Shown here piece after piece: positions 7,082 to 16,416 of a DNA stretch of 64,000 nucleotides. The notes under the pieces were generated by a model. The model was given only the letters and a program-made list of their open reading frames with translations, ran no database searches and was not told where the DNA came from. This DNA comes from Sphingomonas sp. (GTDB lineage: Bacteria > Pseudomonadota > Alphaproteobacteria > Sphingomonadales > Sphingomonadaceae): contig CBDCJJ010000006.1 in the NCBI GenBank assembly GCA_965217805.1, positions 269,806 to 333,805 on the forward strand. Reading direction: 5' to 3'. Made by a program: the position numbers and the translations under genes. The first letter of the stretch is position 1; each line of letters opens with the position of its first letter.

Positions 7082-7413
7082 AAAGCTATCGGCGGGGCGC
7101 CAAATTCCCGCATCCCTTCGGCTTGCGCCTACTTTGCCACTTGCGTGGCGTGTGAGGAGGCCGTTCTCACCTCGGTAGCTCGAAGCTTTTAGATCGAGAT
7201 AAGTTGAAAAACCGTCAACCAGATCTCTACATACATATGTATCGAACAAATATGGGAAACGGGTTTGCCGGCGTCAAGTTAACACCGGGACGGGCCATCT
7301 TCCAGGCGAGCGCAACCGGCGTGGACGGCTGCGTACCGAGCGGCGGCGCGACTTCTTCGGCGGTGATGGTCGGATTGGCCCGCGTGGCAACATGGAAAGA
7401 TGGCAACCAACGG

Positions 7414-8436
7414 CTATGGGAACCGGCGTGCGCAACTCGACCGCACTATAAGTTCGTAAGGAAGTTCGAGTTTGAACGCCGCTTCCGCCGGATTTGTGGC
7501 GAATGCCGGATCGACCAGGATGTCGACCGCTGCGGCCGCCAATTCTTTCTTAGGTTGGCGGATAGTGGTTAGTTGCGGCCAAGCAACGCGCGCAACGGGC
7601 GCGTCATCATAGCCCGCTACCGATAGCGCCTCGGGAACGGCGATGCCGTATTTGATCGCCGTTACCAGCACACCGAGTGCCATTTCGTCATTGCTTGCAA
7701 AGACTGCGGTGGGCTGATCGGGCACCGACAGAATTGTTTCGCCGAGAGAGAGACCGGAGCGGAATGAGAAGTCGCCCTCCAGCACCCGGTCGGCTGCGAT
7801 CGAGAAGCCGGCCTCAGTCATGGCATCACTAAAGCCAGCAAACCGCAGAGGAGATGCACTGTGCGCGGGGTCGCCCTTGATAAACCCGATGTCGCGGTGC
7901 CCGAGCGCGATCAGATGGCGCGTCATGTCCCGCGCAGCGGCGCGTTCATCCATCCGTACCGATCCCGTGCCGGCGCTGGCGTCGCCAGGCGAAATTCGAA
8001 CAAAGGGAAGCCTGCGTCGCTCCAGCAGATCAAGCAGTTCAGCGTGATCGCATAAGGGGGGAGTAAGAATTGCGCCGGCCAGACCGAGAGCGTCCAATCC
8101 AGCATCGATCGCCTTGAGCCAGTCGGGAGCACCGGGGTCAATTGCCTCGATTACCAAGTGATAACCCACCTCGCGGCTTCGAAGCAGCGCGCCGAGTTGT
8201 ACGTCGGTAGCATAGCCGGAGGCAGGATCGTCGATGAGCAGTCCGAGTAGATAGGATTTTGAGCTAGAAAGACTCCTCGCGTAGCTGTTTGGACGATAAC
8301 CCATTTCCTTCACGACGCGCATTACCGCCTCGCGTTTGGCCGCGCGGACGTGCGCCTCGCCATTGATGACGCGTGATACCATCTTGGGAGAAACGCCCGC
8401 GCGGGCCGCGACATCCTTTATGGTGACGACCGTCAC
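7414..8436 (-). CDS. LacI-family transcriptional regulator
   Basis: VTVVTIKDVAARAGVSPKMVSRVINGEAHVRAAKREAVMRVVKEMGYRPNSYARSL HTH followed by a periplasmic-binding-fold core. The GTG start at 8436 overlaps the stop of the upstream MFS gene (GTGA). Confidence 0.9.
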   Translation of the reverse strand: MTVVTIKDVAARAGVSPKMVSRVINGEAHVRAAKREAVMRVVKEMGYRPNSYARSLSSSKSYLLGLLIDDPASGYATDVQLGALLRSREVGYHLVIEAIDPGAPDWLKAIDAGLDALGLAGAILTPPLCDHAELLDLLERRRLPFVRISPGDASAGTGSVRMDERAAARDMTRHLIALGHRDIGFIKGDPAHSASPLRFAGFSDAMTEAGFSIAADRVLEGDFSFRSGLSLGETILSVPDQPTAVFASNDEMALGVLVTAIKYGIAVPEALSVAGYDDAPVARVAWPQLTTIRQPKKELAAAAVDILVDPAFATNPAEAAFKLELPYELIVRSSCARRFP

Positions 8437-9644
8437 GTTCGTACATTCCAGGCAAAGGCAGCGATGATCAGATAACAGAAGGCTGGCAGCAAGAGGGACG
8501 TTGCGAGCCCGAAGCGATCGGCAAGAACGCCTGTTACAAAGGGTACAATTGCCCCCCCGACAACGGCCATACACAGCAGCATCGATCCCAGCGGAGCGTC
8601 ATCGTCTTGCGTAGGCAATGCCAGCGCATATATCGTTGGATACATGATTGCGTTGGCCAGCCCGACCATGAGCAGCGCGACCGCCGAGGCGGTGCCGCTG
8701 CCGATCGCTGCGACCGATGCTAGGATCATCGCACCGATGCTCGCCGTGGCTAGCATAACTCCGCCATCAAATCGCCGCAGTAAAAAAGCTCCACCAAACC
8801 GACCGATCATCGCGCCGCCCCAATACAAGCTTGCCATCTGACCGGCCGTCACGGGTTCTGCATCAATGGTGCTGGGCAACATCAAAAAGTTCGGCAGCAA
8901 CGTGCCAATTGTGACCTCGGCGCCGACATAGGCGAACATCGCGGTTGAGCCAAACGCCATGCGTCTGTTGCGCAACAGAATCCAGACCCTGCGCGGCGTC
9001 GCAGACCGAGACAACCCTACTGTTCTAGTGAGCAGGTCTCGCCTGCGGAAGAAGGCGATTGCAAGCGCAGCCAGACCCAGCGCCCCCACGATGAAAGGTG
9101 TGGTTTCCCATAACGTGGATACTGAGCCGGCGCGGATCGAGCCAAGCAGGAACACTGCGCCAATGAGCGGGCCGAGCACAGTGCCCAGAGAGTTGAACCC
9201 CTGCAGGAGCGTAAGGCGCGCCGCGCCCTGACGGGATGGGCCGACGATGGTCACGGCGGTGTTGGCTGCGATCTGGAGAAAGGTGATGCCTGTTGAGAGG
9301 GTGAGCAGCGCGAGCAAAACCAGCGCGAATGAACGAAGTTGCGCGGAGGCTGTCAACATGGAGCAACCCAAGAACATCACGCTCAAGCCCGCGACGATTG
9401 CGCGCATGTAGCCGATCCGAAGAATCGTAAAAGCGATCGGCATCGCGAAGATCAGATAGTTGAGGTGGAAGGCGAACTGAACGAGGAGCGCGCGCGTATA
9501 ATCCAGACCCAGCGTGATCGTCAGTCGCGGGACCAGCAAGCCAACTGTAGAAGTGAGAAATCCCCCAAAGAAAAAGACGCCAACCGAAAGCTCGAACAAG
9601 CTTCGACTGGTCCGTTCGTTGGAAGCTGAAACGCTGGGATGCAC
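8433..9644 (-). CDS. Sugar MFS transporter (FucP/GluP-like)
   Basis: 403 aa and about 12 hydrophobic segments. The N-terminus ...FFFGGFLTSTVGLLVPRL... is typical of glucose/galactose-fucose permease-type MFS proteins. GTG start. Confidence 0.8.
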   Translation of the reverse strand: MHPSVSASNERTSRSLFELSVGVFFFGGFLTSTVGLLVPRLTITLGLDYTRALLVQFAFHLNYLIFAMPIAFTILRIGYMRAIVAGLSVMFLGCSMLTASAQLRSFALVLLALLTLSTGITFLQIAANTAVTIVGPSRQGAARLTLLQGFNSLGTVLGPLIGAVFLLGSIRAGSVSTLWETTPFIVGALGLAALAIAFFRRRDLLTRTVGLSRSATPRRVWILLRNRRMAFGSTAMFAYVGAEVTIGTLLPNFLMLPSTIDAEPVTAGQMASLYWGGAMIGRFGGAFLLRRFDGGVMLATASIGAMILASVAAIGSGTASAVALLMVGLANAIMYPTIYALALPTQDDDAPLGSMLLCMAVVGGAIVPFVTGVLADRFGLATSLLLPAFCYLIIAAFAWNVRT

Positions 9645-9694
9645 ACGCCTGTCTTAACCAACAAAAGCACTTCCGGAAGCGACGACATTCGAAA

Positions 9695-9714
9695 AACCGA
9701 CATCGATGTTGGTT
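9695..9714. promoter_or_regulatory. LacI-type operator O1
   Basis: AACCGACATCGATGTTGGTT is a near-perfect palindrome centred on ATCGAT, in the divergent MFS/TonB-receptor intergenic region. Confidence 0.6.
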
Positions 9715-9718
9715 TGAT

Positions 9719-9736
9719 ATTGACATCGATGTCGGT
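9719..9736. promoter_or_regulatory. LacI-type operator O2
   Basis: ATTGACATCGATGTCGGT contains the perfect 12-bp palindrome GACATCGATGTC (9722-9733). It shares its core with O1, 27 bp away. Confidence 0.6.
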
Positions 9737-9787
9737 CTCGGACAAATCACACTCAAGCCCGGCAAAGGGCGATCAAGGAGGGACGTT

Positions 9788-12268
9788 ATGAAAAAGCATC
9801 TGCTTGCTGCGGGCGGCATTCTCGCAAGCTCTATCTTCATCACGGCACCCGCGAAGGCGCAGGCTGATCCGCAGAGTCCACCCGCCGGATCGCCTGCGCG
9901 AACCACGGCCCAGGCTGGTGATGTGGCACCGGTCCAGCCAGCAGATCAAGGCGACATCATTGTCACTGCTACCCGGCGCGAAACCACCTTGCAAAAGACG
10001 CCGCTCGCGGTGTCGGCGTTCAGTCAGGCAACCCTCGACCGGCAGCAAGTCACCAACGTGACCGACTTGGCGCGCTTCGTTCCCAGTCTTCAATTCAATC
10101 AGCAGGGCGATCAGTCGGCAGTGCTGTTGACGCTTCGCGGCATTGGTAACGACACCGCCTTCACGGAAGTGGCGGATCCTGAAGTAGCAATCTACATCGA
10201 CGGTATTTACAGCGCGCGTGCTCAAGGTGCAACGGTGCTGTTTTACGATCTGGAGCGCGCCGAAGCGCTACGCGGGCCGCAGGGCACGCTGTTCGGTCGC
10301 AACGCAACCGCGGGCGCGCTTAGCCTCATTACCGCCAAGCCTAATTTCGATGGGCTTCACGGCTACGTCGAGGGGATCGCGGGGGATTATAACCGCGTCG
10401 GCACGCGCGGCGCGATCAACGTGCCGATCACGAACAACCTGGCAGCGCGCTTTGCGTTCGTGACCGAGCAGCATGATGGCTACGCCGACTTTCAGTCTGC
10501 ACCGAATGTGCCCAACGTTGACCGTTCGGCCTTCATTACCACCGGTAAGAAATACTACGCACAAGACCAAAGGTCGGGCCGCGTTAGCCTCCTTTGGACG
10601 CCGGGTCGGTTCACATGGAATCTGAGCGCGGAGGGCTTTCTTGACAAGGGCGCGCCGGTCATCTCGCTGCTGCAAACGCCGCGGCCGGGCACCAAGCTCT
10701 TCTCAACGCTTAGCGACACCGCACCAGATACCGATCGCTACTCTGTCGCCGTGCGCAGCGACGCCCGCTACGACATAAACGATAACGTGCAGCTCGAATA
10801 TATTGCGGGTTTCACGCGGCTTGGCGGCAGCACGCAGGCCGATGCTGATGCGGGTGCTCTACCGCCGACCGGCAATTTCGATCCGAAGACCGGTCTTCAA
10901 TTGTATCTCGGCGGCTTTGGCGAAAACCGTACGGTTAAGTCACGTTACGATTTCACCAGCCACGAGCTGCAGCTCAAATCGACCGGCCAGAACACGTTCG
11001 ATTATATTGTCGGTGCATATTATTCGCATGAGAACAACAGCATTCGTTTCGACGTCGATCAGCGCGACGGCTATCGTGACGGTGCGACGCGCGCGTTTGT
11101 CGGCAGCTTCATTCAGGCCAAGCGTACTATCGATTCGCTAGCCGGGTTTGGGCAGGTAACATGGCATGTCGACGACGCAATCCGGCTGACCGGGGGATTG
11201 CGCTACACCCGCGACCGGAAGGCGGATATCGGCGGCCGCAACGTGACGGCATTCGGGTGCCCCGCGCCTGGCGATCCTCAATGCACTGTGAACTTTTTCG
11301 GCGCTTATCCCGACGCGACCGCGCAAGAGCTGATCGCGCTATTCCCCGATGGTGGCTTTTCCATCTCAAACAACGACGTGAAAGGCAGCTGGGGCAAACT
11401 CACCTACCTCGCGCGCGCCGATGCGGATCTGACACAGAACATCCTCGGTTACGCCAGCATCAGCAGCGGTTTCAAATCCGGCAACATTCAGGATGGAGGC
11501 CAGACCACAAACCCCGAGACGATCACCAACTATGAAGCGGGCATCAAGAGTAGACTCTTCGATCGTCGCCTGACGCTCAACGTGTCGGCCTATTATTCCG
11601 ATTTCCGTGGTTATCAGGTCAATCAGGTTGTCAATATTCGTGACTCGAACGGCAATTTGGTGAAGAGCCAGGTTGGAACACAAAACGCCAAGGGTGCGAA
11701 GGCCTACGGTCTGGAAATCGAGGCGCTCGCCAACATTACCGAGCACGACCGGTTGCAGCTCTCGAGCTCTCTCCAGAAAACGCGGCTCGATACGTTGATC
11801 GCGATCGACGGGCGGCTCGACGACGGCGGTAATACTGCCGCTGCGCGCGATCTTGCCGGTAACGAACTGGCGCACGCGCCGCGTTTCTCTGCCACCGCGA
11901 CGTACGAGCATGACTTCGAGCTGCCCAACGGGGGTAAGATCACTCCCCGCGGTACAATCCACTATGAGACGAAGAGTTTCCTTACCTATTTCAACGGCGA
12001 CTTCCGTCCCCGCACGCTGACCACTGGGCAGACAGTGGTCTACGGCGATGGGTTCGACTCGCAGAAGGCCTATACCCGAAGTGATGTCGCGCTCCGGTAC
12101 ACCGCTCCCGACGAGAAGTTCAGCATCGAAGCGTTCGTCCAGAATGTCGAAAATTCGTCGATCCGAACCGGGGCCAGCACGTTCGGCCCGACGCGGTACG
12201 ATCCGGTCTTCCTGTCGGTTTACCAGTCGCCCCGCACCTTTGGTGCGCGCGTGCGGGCGGGGTTCTGA
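9788..12268 (+). CDS. TonB-dependent receptor
   Basis: Signal peptide MKKHLLAAGGILASSIFITAPAKAQA, plug motif DIIVTATRRE, terminal ...FGARVRAGF, AGGAGGG Shine-Dalgarno. Confidence 0.9.
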   Translation: MKKHLLAAGGILASSIFITAPAKAQADPQSPPAGSPARTTAQAGDVAPVQPADQGDIIVTATRRETTLQKTPLAVSAFSQATLDRQQVTNVTDLARFVPSLQFNQQGDQSAVLLTLRGIGNDTAFTEVADPEVAIYIDGIYSARAQGATVLFYDLERAEALRGPQGTLFGRNATAGALSLITAKPNFDGLHGYVEGIAGDYNRVGTRGAINVPITNNLAARFAFVTEQHDGYADFQSAPNVPNVDRSAFITTGKKYYAQDQRSGRVSLLWTPGRFTWNLSAEGFLDKGAPVISLLQTPRPGTKLFSTLSDTAPDTDRYSVAVRSDARYDINDNVQLEYIAGFTRLGGSTQADADAGALPPTGNFDPKTGLQLYLGGFGENRTVKSRYDFTSHELQLKSTGQNTFDYIVGAYYSHENNSIRFDVDQRDGYRDGATRAFVGSFIQAKRTIDSLAGFGQVTWHVDDAIRLTGGLRYTRDRKADIGGRNVTAFGCPAPGDPQCTVNFFGAYPDATAQELIALFPDGGFSISNNDVKGSWGKLTYLARADADLTQNILGYASISSGFKSGNIQDGGQTTNPETITNYEAGIKSRLFDRRLTLNVSAYYSDFRGYQVNQVVNIRDSNGNLVKSQVGTQNAKGAKAYGLEIEALANITEHDRLQLSSSLQKTRLDTLIAIDGRLDDGGNTAAARDLAGNELAHAPRFSATATYEHDFELPNGGKITPRGTIHYETKSFLTYFNGDFRPRTLTTGQTVVYGDGFDSQKAYTRSDVALRYTAPDEKFSIEAFVQNVENSSIRTGASTFGPTRYDPVFLSVYQSPRTFGARVRAGF

Positions 12269-12307
12269 CGCTGCGCTCCCCGACACTCCGACACTAGGAG
12301 ACGAGAA

Positions 12308-14563
12308 TTGCGTAATTGGTGTGTTGCTTTGCTATTCGGCACGGCGATTGTCACAGTACCTGCTTCCTCGATACCGGCTGCATCCCCCCGCCGGATTGCT
12401 CCGCTCGCGCCGCTCACGACAGAAGCGCGAGCGGAGGCTTTGTTGAAGCGAATGACTCGCGCCGAGAAGCTTCAAATGGTGCGCAGCTTTTTCCCGCCCC
12501 GGGTTGTCGGCAAGCCAGGGATGCCCACCGACATCATCCAGTCGGCGGGCCACGTTCCAGGTATCCCGCGCCTTGGAATTCCGACGTTGCGAGAAAGCGA
12601 TGCCAGCCTCGGCGTCGCCAACCAGGTCGAGCAGCGCAAGGGAGATGTTGCAACGGCGCTACCTGCCGGTCTCGCCACGGCGGCGACCTTCGATCCGGCC
12701 ATGGCTTATGCCGGCGGTGTCATGATCGGATCCGAAGCGCGAGCGAAGCGATTCAACGTCTTATTAGCAGGCGGCGTCAACCTGACGCGTGACCCGTGGA
12801 ACGGTCGGAACTTCGAATATTTCGGCGAAGATCCATTGCTCGTCGGTATAATGGCGGGGGAAGCGATCAGGGGTGTCCAGAGCAACCATATCGTCTCCAC
12901 GGTCAAGCATTTCGCACTTAACGCGCAGGAGACTGGACGCTTCGTCCTCGACGCGCGGATCACACCGAGCGCATTGCGCGAGAGCGACTTGCTCGCCTTC
13001 CAGATAGCAATCGAGCGCGGTCACCCCGGATCGGTGATGTGCGCCTATAACAAGGTCAATGGCGATTGGGCTTGCGAGAATCCTACGCTACTAACAGATG
13101 TTCTGCGCAAAGACTGGCACTACCCAGGCTGGGTGATGTCCGATTGGGGAGGCGTGCATTCCACGGTCAAGGCTGCGCTGGCCGGGCTCGATCAGGAATC
13201 GGGGGAAGAGCTCGATAAGGAAATCTATTTCGGCCAGCCCCTCATCAAAGCGCTCGCGGACGGCAGCGTCCCCGCATCACGGCTCGACGAGATGGTCCGT
13301 CGCATCCTGACTGGCTTGATCGAAACCGGTGTGCTCGACCATCCGATGCCTGAGTCTCCTCAGCCGATCAACTACTCAGCGCACGCCGATGTCGCGCAGC
13401 GCGTCGCCGAGGCGGGTATCGTCTTGCTCAGGAATGAACACGGCATCTTGCCGTTGGCCCAGAACACAAAGCGCATCGTCGTTATCGGCGGTCATGCCGA
13501 CGTAGGCGTGCTGTCGGGGGGCGGGTCCTCGCAAGTCCGCTCTGTCGGAGGCGTGCCTATTGAAATCCCGCTAACAAGCGGGGCAGCGGCGTCATTCGCG
13601 CGCGTAACTTATCATGCGTCGTCGCCGCTCGACGCCATCCGCAAGCTCGTGCCGGGGGCACAGGTCGATTTCATCGACGGTAGCAATCCCGCAGCCGCGG
13701 CTGCGGCGGCCAAGTCGGCCGACATCGCTCTGGTCTTTGCGACGCAGTGGCAGACCGAGGCGCAGGACGCCGAAACCCTGGCCCTACCGGATAATCAGGA
13801 TGCGCTGATCGATGCAGTGGCGGCGGCCAACCGCAAGACCGTCGTTGTACTCGAGACCGGCGGGCCGGTACTGATGCCATGGATCGACCGCGTTGATGGG
13901 GTGATCGAGGCCTGGTATCCGGGCCAGCGCGGCGGACCGGCCATTGCCGCGATCCTGTTGGGCGCGGTCAATCCGTCGGGGCGCCTGCCGATTACTTTCC
14001 CAAAGTCGGCCGACCAGCCGGTGCGTGCAGGCCCGGTCGGGCTCGACCGGTTCAAGTCGGCCGCGGAGCGCACTGCCGGCGCCAACGCCGCCGGCGGGGG
14101 TGAGCCGGTGTCGTCCTATCCGGTCGACTATCCCGAAGGCAGCGATGTCGGCTATCGCTGGTACGAGGCCAAGCGGATCAAGCCGCTGTTCGCATTTGGC
14201 CATGGCCTGTCCTATTCGAGCTTCGCCTTCAGTCGCCTGACTGTGACCGGCGGGAAGACGCTCACCGCTAGCTTCGAGGTCGCGAACACCGGGCACCGCG
14301 CGGGTGCCGTCGTTCCGCAGATCTACGTCACGCGCGGATCCACAGCTGCGCGGCTCGCGGGATTTGGCCGACTGACGTTAAAGCCGGGCGAGCGCAGGCA
14401 CGTGACGTTCACCGCTGAGCCGCGCGTGCTCGCCGACTGGAATGACGTCGGGCACGGATGGCACATCGCGGCGGGACGCTACCGCGTGACGGTCGCAAAT
14501 CAGGCCGGTGACAATTCTCTGAGCACCGAAACAGTGCTTTTCGAGCGGCACTTTAAACCGTGA
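12308..14563 (+). CDS. Glycoside hydrolase family 3 beta-glucosidase (BglX-like), secreted
   Basis: Motifs GIPRLGIP, KHFALNAQE and GWVMSDWGG (nucleophile Asp), plus a C-terminal FnIII-like domain. TTG start with AGGAG 7 nt upstream. Confidence 0.9.
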   Translation: MRNWCVALLFGTAIVTVPASSIPAASPRRIAPLAPLTTEARAEALLKRMTRAEKLQMVRSFFPPRVVGKPGMPTDIIQSAGHVPGIPRLGIPTLRESDASLGVANQVEQRKGDVATALPAGLATAATFDPAMAYAGGVMIGSEARAKRFNVLLAGGVNLTRDPWNGRNFEYFGEDPLLVGIMAGEAIRGVQSNHIVSTVKHFALNAQETGRFVLDARITPSALRESDLLAFQIAIERGHPGSVMCAYNKVNGDWACENPTLLTDVLRKDWHYPGWVMSDWGGVHSTVKAALAGLDQESGEELDKEIYFGQPLIKALADGSVPASRLDEMVRRILTGLIETGVLDHPMPESPQPINYSAHADVAQRVAEAGIVLLRNEHGILPLAQNTKRIVVIGGHADVGVLSGGGSSQVRSVGGVPIEIPLTSGAAASFARVTYHASSPLDAIRKLVPGAQVDFIDGSNPAAAAAAAKSADIALVFATQWQTEAQDAETLALPDNQDALIDAVAAANRKTVVVLETGGPVLMPWIDRVDGVIEAWYPGQRGGPAIAAILLGAVNPSGRLPITFPKSADQPVRAGPVGLDRFKSAAERTAGANAAGGGEPVSSYPVDYPEGSDVGYRWYEAKRIKPLFAFGHGLSYSSFAFSRLTVTGGKTLTASFEVANTGHRAGAVVPQIYVTRGSTAARLAGFGRLTLKPGERRHVTFTAEPRVLADWNDVGHGWHIAAGRYRVTVANQAGDNSLSTETVLFERHFKP

Positions 14564-14686
14564 TGCAGCTCCGGGCCGAGACGTCCAACATAATTGGGGT
14601 TCGGCATTTATGGGGCTCCGTGGGAGATTCTTCAGTCGTGTACGCTAAGCGGTTTTGGTGGCGCTAGAGAGTGACGACAAACAGGT

Positions 14687-16347
14687 CAGACCGTCCGAAA
14701 ACTCCGGGATGGCCATGCTTTAGGCGTGCGGCTGGCCTGGAGGGCGCGTGAGGCAGGATTTTTGGATTGGACCGCTCATCGGCGGGTCAAATCCCTCACA
14801 TTGGGCATCTTCATCGCGATATTCTCTTGAGAAAGGATGTCCGGCCTTTTCAGGCTTGCACGGCGCGTAGCAGGGCCGGAATGCCGAGGATGTTGATGGC
14901 TCGCCGCAGGTTGTAGGCGAGCGCTGTCAGGCTGAACTCGGCGTTGACGTTGGCGAGCCCGCGCATGAGGAACGCACCCTGGTTCATCCACTGCTTGATT
15001 GAGCCGAAGGGATGCTCGACCATCTCGCGTCGCTTGTCGAGGATATCGGGCCGCGCGACAAGTCGTTCGGCCATTCGTTCAAGCACCGCCTCGTTTTCCC
15101 AGCGATCAATACTTCGCCGGGAGCCTGAAGTGCATTGCGGCTTAAGGGAGCAGGTTTAGCAGGCCCGCATATTGGTATAGCGGATGGAGATATGCTCGTC
15201 CTTGCGGGTGCGGGTATAGGGATCAAGGCGATCACCACTCGGGCAGACGTAACAGTCGGCCTCCGGGTCGTAGCATAACTCGGTTCTGTTGAAATAGCCG
15301 CTTGCAACCGCCGAGCCGCGTTGCGGCCGCGCGACATAGGGCACGACGCCGATAATCTCGCAGGCGGCAATATCCTCACCCTTGTAGTAGCCCTTGTCAG
15401 CGACTGCATCGATACGTTCGACGCCCAGCACCTCACGCGCGGCACCGGCTGTCTGGGCCAGGAATCCAAGGTCGCTGCCCGAATTGGTGACGTTCTGCTC
15501 GACGATCAGCTTGTATCGGGCATCGACCGCGACCTGTGCGTTGTAGCCCACCCCGACCTTGGGGTGCATCGCAATCCCCCGGGCATCAGGGTCGGTAAGT
15601 GACAGCTGGCTTTCGCCGCTGGCGACCAGTTCGGTGAGCATCGCCTGGTGCAGCTCACGCCGTTTTCGCACCCGCGCGAGCTTCGCCTCGAGCGTGGCCG
15701 CACGGCGCGCCGCGCCTTGCGCCTCGATTTCCGCGCGGTCGGCCCGATCGAGCCGTCCCAAATACTCTTCGATCCGCTCGTCGGCGAGCTTGATCCATCC
15801 GGCCAGCTTTTGCTGCGTGAAGTTGCGTTTGCGGCTGTTCACCGCCTTGAGGCGCGTGCCGTCCACGGCAATCAGTTCCCGCCCGAACAGATCGAGCTTG
15901 CGGCACAGCAGCACGAAGGCGCGAAACAGCGGCTTGAATGCTGCCCGGTTCACGCGCCGAAAATCCGCGATCGTGCAAAAGTCGGGACGCAGGCCGCCCA
16001 GCAGCCAGATCACTTCGAGATTGCGCCCGGCTTCCGCCGCCAGGCATCGGCTTGAGCGGACCCTATTGAGATAGCCATAGAGATAAAGCTTCAGCAGATC
16101 CGCGGGATCGTAGCCGGGTCGGCCCGTCGCCTTTGGGCGAAAGCGGTCAAAGCTCAGTTCCCCCAGATCCAGATCGTCGACAAAGGCCGCGATGAAACGC
16201 ACCGCGTTGTCTGCCGCCACATAGTCATCGACCGAGGCTGGCAGCAGCAGCATTTGATCGCGCGATTGACGTTGGATGTAGCCCATGCCCGATCATACCG
16301 GATACGAAACCTGACGGGAATCCATCAGGCAGTTTTCGGACGGTCTG
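14687..16347 (-). mobile_element. IS1182-family insertion sequence (1,661 bp)
   Basis: Terminal inverted repeats CAGACCGTCCGAAAACT (14687-14703) and the reverse complement at 16331-16347. Flanked by AGGT at 14683-14686 and 16348-16351. Confidence 0.85.
14850..16286 (-). pseudogene. IS1182-family transposase with one in-frame TAA
   Basis: ORFs 15156..16286 and 14850..15086 are in the same frame, separated by TAA at 15156-15158 (...YTNMRAC*TCSLKPQCTSGSRRSIDRWENEAVLERM...). The combined length of about 478 codons fits IS1182 transposases. Confidence 0.85.
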
Positions 16348-16416
16348 AGGTGTTTCTCGACAAGCGCGCCGCATCGTGATTCCATCATCCGGTGGGGGCA
16401 CAACGGGAGATCCGTC

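Noticed and set aside
11366-12286. Long antisense ORFs inside well-supported genes (also 25561-26301, 37491-38333, 45336-46028, 54692-55609, 56329-57186 and 63200-63916)
   Set aside because: These are typical high-GC shadow ORFs with Arg/Ala/Pro-rich, low-complexity translations. The opposite-strand genes have clear family motifs.
14815-14824. 10-bp match (CGCGATATTC) to the sequence just beyond the identity breakpoint of IS copy 1 (reverse complement of 4391-4400)
   Set aside because: It lies inside the IS1182 element with no flanking similarity. A single 10-mer match is plausible by chance in 2 x 64 kb.
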